The position numbers were made by a program, and so were the translations under genes. A DNA stretch of 64,000 nt from Prorocentrum cordatum (lineage: Eukaryota), in assembly GCA_963575745.1 (NCBI GenBank), contig CAUYUJ010000250.1:1-64000 (forward strand), given 5' to 3'. Under the pieces are notes generated by a model. It searched no databases, was not told the origin of the DNA, and worked only from the letters and a program-made list of their open reading frames with translations. Below, piece by piece: positions 1 to 12,700 of the stretch (position 1 is its first letter; each line of letters begins with the position of its first letter).

Positions 1-189
1 CTCCTCCTCCTCCTCCTCCTCCTCCTCCTCCTCCCCTGGCCATCTCCTGGGGACGCATACGTGAACTCCGCCGACTTCCGCTGGCCTTCTGCTGCCTTCC
101 GCCGGCGGACCCGCCGCCGTCTCACTTCCGCCGGACGTATGCCGACCTTTTCCGCCGAGGACAAGGCGCCAACTCCATCGACCCAGACC

Positions 190-372
190 CCCGACGTCGC
201 GATTTTCTTCATGACGTGGCCCCTAGAAGTCTGGACCTTCCCGGGGATCGGATTTTCACCCTGGGTCGTTTTTTGACGCTCCCAAGGCCCGGTGACGGCC
301 CCTGGAGCCCGAAAACTGCGAAAAACCTGCCGTCTTCATTTCTGCGCGACTCGAGGGGGTCTGGGGACACCC
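190..372 (+). repeat. dispersed ~180-bp repeat family (copies at 769-931 inverted, ~31890-32000, ~33885-34048, ~58010-58195)
   Basis: Shared motifs gtctggacc..ttccc.ggga, gtc.ttt...gacg.tccc and gggtctgggg. Confidence 0.6.
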
Positions 373-379
373 TCGAGGG

Positions 380-600
380 CGAGGCCTTTTCTGGAGCCCT
401 CCACGGGCGTCCTGCTCACCCGCGGGCCGCTCGGGGAGCCCGGCCAGAGCCCCCCAGGACGCCGGCGCCGCACCGCGCAGCCACGGCCCCGCGGCCGCGG
501 CGGAGGCCGCGCAGCCAGGACGGAGGCCGGCCAGCGCCTCGCGCAGGTCCTCCGGCAGCGGGTCGTGGGCCTTCCGAAGTGCACCGATGCCGCTGCCCTT
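380..600 (-). CDS. C-terminal exon of the RluA-family pseudouridine synthase
   Basis: ORF 256..621 contains AHDPLPEDLREALAGL, the typical terminal xPLPxDxxxxLxxL motif of RluA enzymes, which the main ORF lacks. A phase-compatible acceptor is CAG|C at 592. Exact ends are uncertain. Confidence 0.7.
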
Positions 601-616
601 CCCTGAACGCGGTCGC

Positions 617-770
617 TGCAATTCTTGACCACGGGCGTTTTCGCTCGGTCTCGGGCCCCGGGACCCTCACGGAGCGGTCCGGCTCGAGCAATGGCGCAGA
701 AAGATGGGGTCCGGGGCTCCGGTGGTGATCTTTTGCGATGTTGCAATGTTTTGCAACGTCGGATCTCAGG
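617..770 (+). repeat. ~150-bp direct repeat (second copy 1403-1553) inside the last pseudouridine synthase intron
   Basis: Near-identical cttgaccacgggcgt.ttcgctcggtctcgggccccgggaccctcacggagcg.tccggctcgagcaatggcgcagaaagatgggg. Confidence 0.9.
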
Positions 771-1053
771 GTTCCCCAGACCCACTCGGGTCATGAAAAG
801 AACATGGAGGATGGTTTTTTTATAACGTTCTTCCCCATGAGCCCCGACTGGGCAAAGGGACCGTCTAGAAACGACTCCAGATGAAAAGCCAGTCCCTGGG
901 AAGGGGTCCAGACCTCTGGGGGGCCATGTCACTGAGTCCCTCGGTTTCGCCTTTTTGGGGCCCAGGGGAGGTCCTTGTCGCCATGGCTGAATCCCTTCGA
1001 AATCTGATCAAGAAGCACCCTGTGAGAGGTCCAGGGGAGTAGCCGTATCGGTA

Positions 1054-1228
1054 AAGTGGAGACCCGTGCCAAGAAACACCCTGCTTGCCTCCAGGGTTCC
1101 CTGGGTTTCGATGGTTTCGATGGTTTTGCTTTGGAGAGCGCGACGCTCCCACACCAAAAACCAATGGACCTCCTGGGGTCTCAAGGTTGGGCTTCTTGCG
1201 AAGGGTTCTTGTGCACTGGCCTCGACTG
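1054..1228. mobile_element. MITE, Tc1/mariner-like
   Basis: Imperfect TIRs aagtggagacccgtgccaagaa and cagtcgaggccagtgcacaagaa (rc); TA on both sides. Confidence 0.5.
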
Positions 1229-1566
1229 TACCTCTTGGTTTCCCCACGCCTCGCGGGCGCGGCCTCCCACGTCCCTGAGAGCGCGCAGAAGGCACCGGCA
1301 CGCCCGTGGCATGGCGGGGCGCCCTGGGCCGTGTCCCGCCCGTGGAGGCCCTCGAGCGGGCCCTGGGTCGTCGAGCAGACTGCTCCCCTGAGATCCCGGC
1401 GTTGCAATCTTGACCACGGGCGTCTTCGCTCGGTCTCGGGCCCCGGGACCCTCACGGAGCGATCCGGCTCGAGCAATGGCGCAGAAAGATGGGGTGCGGG
1501 GCTCCGGTGGTGATCCCTGGCGATGTTGCACCTTTTTGCAGCGTCGGGTCTCAGTGAAGGGGCCCA

Positions 1567-1723
1567 GGGACACACAAAAATAAATATACACACAAATAAA
1601 AAGATTCCCCATATTTTCCAATATGTTCTTGGCTTCTGTCTTCCCGCCCAATTCCCATATTTTCCCATATTTTCCTGGGAGGCGAGGATTCATTGTGTCT
1701 GTGTGTTCTTGTTCCCTCCTGAC
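1567..1723 (+). repeat. dispersed ~155-bp repeat (copies 52170-52325, 52846-52996)
   Basis: gggacacacaaa...ccccatatttt...ttctgtcttcc...cccatattt...tgtgtctgtgtgtt. Confidence 0.85.
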
Positions 1724-2212
1724 TCAGGGTCGGAGTGCGAAGCCTGCCCCAAGGGGAGGGAGTCGAGACCTCTGGGGTCGGGCGCCGGGGGACAAACATC
1801 GAGGTGCCGGGGCTCGTCCTCCTCCTCCTCCTCCTCCTCCTCCCTCGTCCTCCTCCTCCTCCTCCTCCTCCTCCTCCTCCTCCTCTTCCTCCTCCCCTCC
1901 TCCCCTCCTCCTCCTCCTCCTCCTCCTCCTCCTCCTCCTCCTCCTCCTCCTCCTCCTCCTCCTCCTCCTCCTCCTCCTCCTCCTCCTCCTGGCCAGAGGA
2001 GGTGCAGGGAGGAGGTGCAGGCCCACCCCGGCCATCGCTCGGACGACCATTCCCTGTGTTTTTGTTCGGTTTCGTGCGTGCTTTTGTTCGCCAATCGATC
2101 AAGGATGCTCCTCGGTGGTCCTCGCCGAAGGAACAATGCACACGTCCGAGCGATGCCGAGCACCAGTTCCTGGCCATGCCGTGGTGGTGGCGTACAGGTG
2201 CCCCCTGCGGGC

Positions 2213-3678
2213 CTGAATCCGAGGCGCCACCGGTGGATGAAGTTCCTCGGGCACCACGCCTGGTCCTCGTCGAAAACGTCCTGCGCGTATCGGCCGTCGC
2301 ACACGACCGGGTGCCCCACGTAGCGGAAGTGCGCGCGAATCTGGTGCTGCCTCCCCGTCACCAAGCGCACGACGACCAGCGAGACCCGCCGGGGCGGGCG
2401 GACGGTGGCGTCGCAGCTGCCGTTCGCGGCTGGCGGGGCGAAGTAGTGGCCGAGCACCTTGACCCGCGTGTGCGCGACCTGGCCGCTCTCGTGGACTTCG
2501 CTCGTACCGCCCCTCTTGATTAAAGGAGCCTGTATGGATGCCAGCTCTGGCGGCACGTGTCCGTGGCAGAGGATGGCGTAGTCGCGCTCGATGGCAATCG
2601 TGTCCCTCTGCCATCGTAGGAGGAGGAGCGCCTCGTAGGATAGGGCAACAAGTACCAGACCAGACGAGGGGGCGTCCAGGCGGTGAAGCAGGCCGAACTC
2701 CAGATGACCTGAGTGCACCACGGGAGCCTCAGCGATACTGAAGGTGGACTGCAAAAAGGCAGAAAGCTTGAGGGCGACTGCGGATCGCGTCGCCGCGCGA
2801 TGAGATGCAGGCCGCCCCTGGGACGCACTGGAAGCATCGACCTCCCAGTTGGGAGGCTTGTGCACCACAGCGACTCCGGGCAGCCGCTGCACCACGCGCG
2901 GCAGCACGCCGCCAGCTGCCCGCCTCCACGGAGGCGGGGCGGCGGACGCGCGCGCCTCCGCCTGCTGCCCAGCTGGCTGCGCCGGGCCGTCCTCTGGCGC
3001 CTGTTCCCTCTTGCGGCCCGCTGCGTCAAGCGCCCGACCCAGGCTCCGCAGGGGCCCTTCCAGCGCCCGCTGCAGCGGGGCGGCCAGTGCCCCCGTGAAG
3101 GCGAAGGCCCAGCCGGCCTGCAGCCAAGGCAGCGCGGCACCGGCCGCTGCCTCTGGGCCCCCGCACGCCGCAGCGGCCAGCAGGAGGGGCGCCTCCCGCT
3201 GAGACCTGGCCGAGCAGGCAGCCGCCAGCGGCGCCAGCAGGTGGTCGGCCCTCAGCGGCGCCGCGCTCCAGGACACCGCGGCCAGGTCGCGCATGCGCAA
3301 CTCGGGCCGCCGCTGCAGCGCCTCCGACAGCAGGGCGTCGTCGGGAAGCCTCAGGGGGGCGTGCGCCCAGCACAGCGTCGCCAGGTCCCGGCCGCCGAAC
3401 CCGAGGTAACCGCGGCCCGCCGCCTCCGCTGCCGCCGCGCGGCACAGGGCCACGGCCGCCGCGCCCGCGCGGTCCGCGGCCGCCGCGGCCGCCCAGGCCA
3501 CGCGGCAAATGGCCTGGGGCGGCAGCGGCGCGAGGGGCGCCAGCGACAAGCGGCGCTGGACCTCGGGCGCGCGGCACGGCAGCCGGGCCAGAGCCCAGGC
3601 CGCGGTGGCGACATGAACCGTCTGCGCGGGCTCCACGGGGCCGCCCAGCGTCGCGCGCGCGCGCTCCTGGGACGCCAT
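2213..3678 (-). CDS. RluA-family RNA pseudouridine synthase with N-terminal alpha-helical (OPR/RAP-associated-like) repeats; main exon
   Basis: ORF 1690..3678 contains VVHKPPNW (motif I), LLHRLDAPSSGLVL (catalytic Asp), ERDYAILCHG, LVTGRQHQIRAH, GHPVVCDGRY and FIHRWRLGF. The N-terminus has ATAAWALARL, DLATLCWAHA and DLAAVSWSAA repeats. A probable AG|GC donor lies at 2213/2212. The start is either ATG 3678 or an acceptor CAG|G at 3667/3666. Confidence 0.9.
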
Positions 3679-3959
3679 CGTTCAGACCGCCAGGCCCTGC
3701 CCCTCCCCCCGCCCCTCCCCCTGTCGCCCTTCGTCCTCCCCCTTCCTCCACTGTCCCCCCACAAGGGTCGGGGAGGGGCGGGGGGAGGGGGGAGGAGGGA
3801 AGCACGGAAGGGGAAGAAAAGGGCGGCGACGATGGCGCGGGGGGGAGGGGGCAGGCAAGCAGGAGGAAGAGGAAGGCGATGAATGACGACGACGGGGTGT
3901 ATGGGGAGTGGGACAGGGAGGAGGCAGGGGAAAGAGAGGGGGGAGAGGAGGCAAACGAG

Positions 3960-4126
3960 GAGATTTGAAATGCAAAAAAGGAGATGAGGGAGCATGTTTC
4001 AATAACCAGCGTTAAGCGGAAGTCGTACAGCGCGTATAAGAGCGGGCGGAAGGCGGCCACCCTTGAACCACGAAAGGCGGCGGAAAACAGAAAGACCCCC
4101 CCCGCACCCAGCATGCACTGATAACG
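3960..4126 (-). repeat. 3' terminal direct repeat (LTR or LTR part) of the Copia element
   Basis: Aligns to 14555-14725, e.g. ggccacccttga(a/g)ccacgaaaggcggcgg and ccgcacccagcat(g/t)cactgataac. Confidence 0.75.
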
Positions 4127-7100
4127 TACCGTTCGATTATGGTGCTCAAACGGGTCCGTCATATTTCGGTGGCTTCCTAAATACAAACAGGTTCGTCATA
4201 CTTCTGTGGCTTCCTAAGTACAAACAACCCGGACACCCCCCGGAACACAACGAACTGGCTATACCAAATAATTCCAATCGCAGCCAAATGCACGGCAGGG
4301 AGTTATGCTGACCACTCCCTGCATAATATATGAAGGGTGATGCACAATTAGATGGAGCAAAGCATCAAGGTGGATGACTACTCCATCAACATGTATTATG
4401 GACGCGGCAGCACCCACGTAGCATGCTCAACTGCCGTCACATCTTTCACTAACAATCCTCACTTGTATGCTCGACCACTCTCTTCATATCTGACCAGATT
4501 GCCCACAAGGTTGGGCGAGATGCCAGTCGGGGATCGTTTTCGCGAACCTAATCCAGGAAATGCGAGCGCCAAATGACTCAATCATTCGAGTCGCTTTTCT
4601 CGTTGACGGTGAGATCATTTTATAGTGAGCTTGGCGTGGTCGTATTATGTCCTCCTCGCTCAGCTTGATCGCGCGGTGGTCGTAGTTTAGCTTGCCGTCC
4701 AGGATGCTCTTGATGAGATCTCTGCCGATACTGCCCTTTGTCATGGGGTCCGCTATGATGTCTCTTGTGTCCCACCACAGTACGTCGTTGATCTAATTGG
4801 TGCGAAGCTGATCTGCTTGCCACCAGAGGTGCCCGGCCATGCTGTTCCCCGACAGGGACCGAACAGGACCCATGGCCAAGGTCAAGATGACGGACATGCT
4901 GTCGACGACCAGCTCGGCCGGCACTGCGTAGCCCCCCCCCCCCCCCCTCACCGCACTTAGCCCCTCGGCTGAGGCACGTCCGCACACCGAATCGCGGAGC
5001 GCCAGGAGGCGCGCTTGTAAGCCGCCTGCTGCGCCGCATGCTGGCAGCAGCTCTGAGCCACGAGATGATGATCGTCACGCGAGCGCGCGCGATGGGCTCA
5101 CGGCATCGAGCAAGTGGCATACCTGTTTGCCCGTACTGCGACACTTGCCAGGACGCATACACACGGCCCCCCTCATGCCGTAAACGGCATCCTCCTCTCG
5201 CTTGACCAATCCATCGATGCGCGCGCATAGTTGTTCGGCGCACTCCATGGCCGGGAAGGCGATGGGCGCCGCGATCTTCTGCGCGGCCAGAACAGCGGAG
5301 TTGCGATGCACCACGCGACGCATGAGCAGCTTGTTCTTGGTCCTCTGCAGCGCGACAATGGACGCGGCGGCATGGCGCTGCGCGAGCAGAGCGCACGATG
5401 CTGCTCGGAAGAGCGAGACCAAGAGGTCTGGGAGCTGACATCCTGCTGGCTCGTCGACCTTCGCCTTGACCAGGTCGACGCGCCCGATTGGGCCCAGGGC
5501 GTCGACGCACTCGTCCTGGTCGAGCATCGCTGTTCCACCGGCGCTGCGGCGCCGGTGAACTCTGCCAAAGGTATTGCCACCTGCATTGTTCCGGCTCTCG
5601 AAGTTGCCGATCTGCCAGTCAACGCGCCCCCTGCGCCCCGCGGTCTTCAGATCGTCAAAGCGCAAGGACAGCATGAGCACTAGCTCCGAGCAGCTGGCAC
5701 CACTGGCACCAGACGACTCGCGCTTGGCCTCGAACTCTGCAGCAGGCCCCACCTCGTCGGCGCTGCGCCGCGCTCTGGCAAGAGCGCGACCAGGGCGAGC
5801 TTCATGGAGAAGGCCCCGGGCGCATCCTCGCAGACCGCGCCGGGCCGGGTGCAGCGCAAGCACTCGGTCCACTCGTCGAAGGACTCGCAGCCTGGCACCT
5901 GCCTGAGGACGGCGGCACTGCCGGGCGCCAGGGAGAAGTTTACCTCGTGGGGTGCGTCGCCCTGCCCCTGCATCTCGGCGCAGGTCACGCCTTTCAGGAG
6001 CGCCTGCTCGACGCCCACGGCGACGCGCCCGGGGTCTGGGCGACGCGACGCCTCCGAAGACAACATGCGCCGCGACGCCCGCTTCGCCGGCCCGGCGAGC
6101 GCCCCGAGGGGCACCCATGTCACGGAAGCCTCTTAGCGCCATGCGGCACTAGATGACCCCGACGGACCTGCCGCCCGATCCCCTCTGGCGCTTCCATTTG
6201 AAAACACGTCTGGAGCCCGCGGCGTTTCGGGCGCCTTCCAGCGGCCGCCTCTCGAAATATGGCGACGTCCTTGGACAGCCTCGACGCTCGCTCCTCAGTG
6301 AGGAACTCGGAGTCGCGCTGGATTGAAGCGGCCTCGACGGCGGCATGGACCTCAAGCACGGCTGTCGCGGAAACGCGAGCAACGCAGTTACCAGGCGGTT
6401 TCTCGCTACAGCTCCGGGGTGCTCCGCGCTCTCCTGGGCCCAGGCCCATCCCACATGTTCTCCCCAATTAACCTTCTCCCCGGGCGTGGCGCAGTCGCCC
6501 AGGGAGGCACCGCGCAGGTAGTATTGGCACTGCGCGCGCATGCCCTGACATTGGCGCTGCGTCTCCAGGCGCTTGGACCACTCGCGCGGCTTGCGGCCGA
6601 GACCGGCCGCAGCGCGCTAGACAGCCGCATAGATCTTCTGCGGGCTACCGGTGCTCTCCAGTTCCTGCAGCTCCAGGGCCAGATCCTCTGCCCTCTCGAC
6701 TTCCTGCCAGACTGCCAACATCACCTGCTGGCCGTGGCCGGAGAAGTCGCCGGCGGCCTCTTCTGGTATTACCGCCGAGTCTGATGGTGAACCACCCTCG
6801 GTGACACGATCGGCGTCCTCGGAAGCGCCGGTGACATGGCCGTTGATAGCCCCGCCATGGCCCAGCCATGGCGTCTGCCACAAGCACCTAGTCGCGACCC
6901 AAAACAGATTGTACGATGCGGACCTCCTTCAACTGCTCGCCGATGAGCCACTGGGCGTCGAACATGACGCCGCCGGGCGTAGCTGTTGGACGTCGCTCGG
7001 GCTCCGAGGGAACCACCAGATGACCAAGCTGCGGACGCAGCCTGCCGAGTCGTCAGCAGCTGTCTGGCTGCGTATGAGACACACTGCACGAAAGTCTGGC

Positions 7101-9119
7101 AGCTGAGAGCGTCTGCGGGACAAGAGACGCCGATCCTCGGGGATGTCGAGGCGTTGCCGACTCTGCCCAGTCCGCTGCACGCCCTTCGCGTTGTCTCAGT
7201 GGCCGGGGAGGTCACGGCCCCGGAGCCTGGCGCGACGCGCGCCAGGTAGTCCCCCGAACGATCCCTGGCCAGGCCTGCTCGAGCCACGCCGGCGCCCACG
7301 TCATCAAAGATGGCGCCGATAAAAGGCCAGTGCGTCCTGCAATCTGCAAACCATCTCGGCTTGGCGGCACTTGACAGCAGCCTTGCCTCTAGCCAAGTCC
7401 CCAAAGATGATCGCACTAGGACCAGCCCAGCCCGACACGTCTCTCGCATACAGAGGCCGATGGATCTCCACCTGGTCGCCAACGTTGAAGCGTCCCTCCC
7501 CGGATTCGGCGGCGCGTGTCCAGAGGCCGCGGCTCACGCGGGAAATCGAAGTAGCCTCAATCATACGTTGCAGTGCGATCTATGGGATACGCCACTGCAG
7601 TCGGTTGGGCTGCACATCTCCACCAATAGAAAAGCCAGCAACGGCGTCACAGACGCCAGATACCTCACCCTCGCTGTCTGCTTCAAGTGGTGGCAGCATG
7701 GAAGGCAACCTGCAACAGACCACGTTGAACGGTGTCACGCCACCAACGCGAATGAGGCTGATGCCCGCGAGTGTCGCGCGAGCAGACAGCATAGATTCTA
7801 AGTTGGCTGCGATGCCGTCGCGCTCTAGCTGCTCCTCTGCGATGCGAAATGCGCGTCGTACTATCGGACCACATCGCTCTATGAGACGAGCGTACTGGCG
7901 CGGACTCGGGTTTCAACCTGCACCCCTCGCCTCCTCATATTATCGACGAAGTACGTGTAAGTCATACTGCCTCCACTGTCCACGACGAAGATCTCCATCG
8001 CGCCGAAAAGTTAGACCCACGAACGGTCGATGGCTGCGAGCAGCGTCGTCTCGTGCTTACGAATGCATCGTGAAGAGCAGCAGATCAGGCGCAAGATCAT
8101 GCGTTCCTGGCGGCAGAGGATGTCGCATTCGACGTGCTGGTTAAATCGTGTCGAAAGACGCTGTGTAATGATGACCAGATGTGCCAGCGGTAGCCATTTA
8201 CGACATCCCCTACAATTATATACCACTGTGGGGATGAGGTCGAGGTTTACCTGCGGCATGTTATCTGCTCGTAGAGCTCGTGCCATGTCCTCCTTAAGTG
8301 GCATGCCACCAACAGGGGTGCACCTTGTGCAGCTCTCGCATAAGTGTCTCGCGCGAGTCGCCATGCAGTGCTCGCAGTGGCGCGGCGACGTCGAGGCGAG
8401 TCCAGTCGGGGGGGGGTCGGGTTGCCGACCGCTGCGTCGGCGGCTCGTCGCGCTGCTCGTCTCGGCGCTGCCCCCGCCACTGGACTGACTCGCAGCCCTG
8501 GTCTAGCAGCGCAGTCACGAGAACCAAAAGTCTGCGGCCCGACGACACCGCCGCCGGAAACGCGGCCCTGAGCGCCAGCGCTGGACGACGATGAGCTGGC
8601 TCTTGGTGCACCTGCGGGTGCCGGTGGTAGGGCAGCTTCGTCTGCTGCTCCCAAGTCGGCTCCGCCGGGTACTTGAGCTTGCTGATCGCTGAAGTGGCGC
8701 GGTCTCCCAGGTCGCGCCGGCGCCTGCGGGCGCTGGCCGGCGCGCGGGCGCGGCCGCGCGTGAGGGCCCGCGAACCTGCACTTGCTGAGCTCGCGGGCGC
8801 GCGCAGGGCGGTCGAGTTCCATCTCCTCGCGGCAGCCAGGGTGCTCCCTGTGGATTGGGACGCTGCGAGGATACCCGCACGTGGCCGGATTCTGGGGTGC
8901 GTGGGCGAGTCCGCGCGGACGTTGCGCTTGTACGCCTCGCAAGGGTAGCGCGCGCGCGCTCGGCGGCCATCGCGCCCCTGATTTCGCCCTCTGTGTGAGC
9001 CACTGCTGGGAAGGCTGTCGCTTCGACGCAGCATTCGTAGACACAGCTCGCGAGATGCCACCGTCTCAGTCCGCGGCGTAAGTCCACTGTGCCCTGGACA
9101 AGCCGCTCGGCCAGCCTTC

Positions 9120-9720
9120 ATGGCTAGACCTGGGCGTCGATGCCGCCGCGGCCCTCGACGCGCACGCGGGCGCGCCTGCCGGTGCACCTAAGGTTCGTGA
9201 ACTGCTCGAGGATCTCCAGAGCGTTGAAGACCAGGCCAGTGGTCTTGCTCCAGGTACCTCCAGGCCAGTGGTCTTGCTCGAAGCCAAAGTCGGCACTGGT
9301 CGAAGATGACCTCTTGCACGCCCAGTGCTTCACCAGCACCTCTGGCCAGGGCGGCTCATCGCACAGCCACGAGGGGTCGGGCTGCCCGTTGACCAAGTAG
9401 CCGCCGACCTGCGGCTGTAGTAGCGATACGCGGCCGCAGTTTCAGCCGCGCGGGGCTCCGTCCGCTCATGAGCGCAGCCAGGTGTAGCAGTTGCGTTTGC
9501 AATGAAGCGTGGCCCAACGACCAAAAGGCCAGCAGGCGGGAGCCATGATGGCCACTCGAGATTTCTTGTTCTGTCAGATGTACTTCTCCACAACTCTGCC
9601 CTGGCTCGCGTCGGTGAGGTCACGGCCCAGAACCAAGTCGAAGTCGGCACCTGCCCTGCGGCGGCAGCGGACAGCGAGTCGGATGGTCCGCGCCTCCCCA
9701 CAACATATCTCCACGATCTC
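9120..9720 (-). pseudogene. retrotransposon-borne C5 cytosine DNA methyltransferase-like domain (disrupted)
   Basis: EIVEICCG (motif I-like), FDLVLGRDLTD, then after a stop VAIMAPACWPFG (motif IV PxC), CGRVSLLQ...YLVNGQP (motif VI with E replaced by G), DFGF...KTTGLV (motif VIII-like) and LRC...AQV. Confidence 0.7.
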
Positions 9721-12700
9721 CGCGCCGTGATCAGTGGAGGCGAGGTAGGTGGGGAGACGGCGGATGTCGTCGGACACGGTGGACTGCGACGTTTGAACAC
9801 TCGCCAGGTAGCGATCCGACGCCGGGGCCATCGAGCCCGGGCACCACCGCGTCGGCAAGCCCGAGGCGAAGGTGCCGCCGGGGTCGCCACCGTCGCACTC
9901 GTCGGCGCAAACTGGGCCCCCAGCGGCCAGGGGGCCGATCGGGCGCGAAGCCACACCCACGAGGTCGGTGCCGCAGTCGTCGCAGCGGTCCTCGACGATC
10001 TGCCTTCGTGCTTTGGACGCGCGGCCCTCCTTCATCTTCGCTTTCTGGCAAGTGCGCTCTGCCGCGGGGTGGGCGCCGACGACGTCGTCGTCGGGCGCCC
10101 CCTGCGGCTGTCTGGGCGCGCCGATTGGCCTCGTCGCTGTGACCGCGCTGACTGCTCTGAGCGCGATGTCGGCCCTGAGCGGGCGGCTCAGCGCCGCGTC
10201 TGCGGGGGCGCCATAGAACGAGAAGATGCGTTCGAGCCCGGCGCGCAAGCTGCCGTCGCGCCTCTGCGAGGGCGCGCCTCTCGCGTCGCGCCCGCGCTGG
10301 TTGAAGCGCAACTGCAGCAAGGCGCGAAACGCAAGACCTCGCGGCACATGAGTGCCGCGCACACCCCCCTGTCGATGATCGCCCAGTCGCCCTTGCGCAC
10401 CTTCAGCTTGATGTTGCATATTCGAAGCCGGTTGCAGATAGGTGCTCTGGTCAGCACCGCGAATACTGCGCTGCCGCGCTGGCTTCTGGGGCCACAGGCT
10501 CGCGGCAAGCCCGATGCTGAGTCAGGTGAGGCACGGGCGGATCGATAATGCACCTCGCTGGCGGTCGCTTCCACTGTTGGCCGAGGTCGGCCGAAGATCA
10601 CGACCCTGGGGCCCGTGTCCTTGGCTGAGGGCACCAATAGGGAAGTGAATCGAGAATGAGGCGCACCGCATCCCTGTCCGCGTCGCACGTGCCCCACGGC
10701 ATGCTGTAGCTGGCGCCGGGCACCGCGCTGTCAAATAACGTCGCGGCGGCGCCCTCGAAGTTGGCGGCGCGGGCGACGTCGACACCGTGATCCTCTTGTG
10801 CTAGTGATGCGCCCCGCCCTCTCTCCAGGACCCAGGCGGGGCGCCCTGGCCCTTCTGCCCGATTTTGACGGGGCGTGTCGGCGGGGCCAGCCTCGCAGGC
10901 TGGTCAGTCCTTCTTCTCGCGAGGCAGCCCCTGAAGTCTTGAGTCATATCTACGGAGAGACCCCGTGGATGCTGAGCTTTTGCCATTTTGGTGGATCGGG
11001 TCGAGGCTGAGAGACGCGAAGCCGGCGTGTCCAAAGCCCATCGACTCACGAGAAATCGGATGGTTGGGAACGACGATCTCCGCAACGTCGATGACGCGTT
11101 CCAGGATGGGCCGGACAATCCGTCGGCCTTGCTCGACCACGAATGCACGCGGACTGGCGTCGCGCGCGATCACCTCGGTCTCGCCGCAGTAGTCGGGGCC
11201 CCCCGGCGCCGCCCGCGACAAAGATACCCGCGCGGGCAAGTCCTGAGCGCGGGGCCACCCGCAGGCAAGCGCCTGGCTGCGCAAGAGCCGCCGCGCCCGT
11301 AAGCACCTGGTCGCGACCTTAGGTCGCGAGACTGACGCCCGCGCTGGCGCGCGGGCCATAGGGCGCCGCCTGCGGCGCGCCCCGCACGGGGCTAAGACGC
11401 TGGATCTTGAGCTTCTTGAGCGGCCGTCGTTGGCGTCGTCGCCCTGGCGGTCGTTGCCCACTGCCAGCAGCGCGCGCTGCCGCAGCTGATCGTAGCCGCC
11501 AGGCCCAGGCAATGTCGGGCGTTTGCGGCCCACGCCTGTCTCCACCACCCCGCTCTTGGACGGCGCGGGTCGCAGACCTAGAAAGGGCAGGGGGATCGAA
11601 GCCCACGCCCACCACGACCGGAGCTCGCATGCTTCGCCGCGTCGCCGCGCCGTCGCGGGCGGCCACTGCGGCAAGGCAATGTACCTTGCAGCGCGCAACC
11701 TATGACCCGTTGTCGACCCCTGCCACGTAGAGGGGAGTCGACATCTGTCTCCTCCGCGGGCCCCAACTTCGCCTCCCGGGCCCCGTCGGCCACATTCATG
11801 GCAAAGCGCAGCCCCCACAGGATGGCCCAGGCGCTGGCGTCCACGACGACGCCTCAGCGGCCGCCCAGGAGATCGGCGCCCGCCAAGTAGCTCGGCGAGT
11901 CGCTGGACGAACTTGCGCCCGCGGGCGGCGGCATGCGCAGGCGAGCGCCCCCAGGCACAGCCGCGTCCGCGGCGAACATGAAACTGGAAGCCTTGCCTGG
12001 CGACGACGCCGGATCCTGCCGCGGCGCCCTGGGGGCTGGCGCTAGACGAGGCGACTGCGCGCGATCCTGCCGCGGTGGGGTCTCCTTCAGCACGTTGTCG
12101 TCTGGCGCCGAACGGGCCGGCACCATAAGCACCAGACCTGTCGCAAAGGCTCTGCTCTGGTGCTAGATGCGCGTCGTGGAGCTCGTCGAGGCGCCGTCGT
12201 CGCGTTCAATCGAAACACGCGCGCACCGCGCGTTCGGATCGGCTGCCGCTAGATATCCAGGTCTCGCGGCCCGCGAACCACAAATTGACGGGGGCGCCCT
12301 CCACATCGCGGGGGTTCTCCGGCACTGGCGGCGACGCGACTGCCGGCGCGGACAGGCGCGGCCACGCGAGCCCTGATCTGCGCCGCGCGCCGATGCCGAG
12401 GGCAGATGGCGCGTCGGCCCAGCCCGGCACCTGCACGTCGGCAGGCGGGGTCGGAAGCGCGGCAACTCGCGCGCCAGCGCCGCCCGCCCAGTCGCGCCCC
12501 CCTGCCGCAGCGGGACTGCACCGCCCACCCCCGCCCACCGGCTCGGCGTCGGTCGCGGCGGCGCCAGCGACGCTGCTAGAGCCACAGGTCCTGCACGCGC
12601 GAGCGGCGCCGCGCCCACCGCTCCTGCAAGTCGAGCAGAGTCTTGCTGCACGCGGCTCATGAGCTCAGCTATTTCTCGACGCAGGCGCCGCCGCCCGGCT

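Noticed and set aside
1690..2212. Poly-Gly/Arg/Glu C-terminus of the 662-aa ORF
   Set aside because: It is read-through into a (CCT)n tract and a dispersed repeat; the expected C-terminal motif lies at ~530-575.
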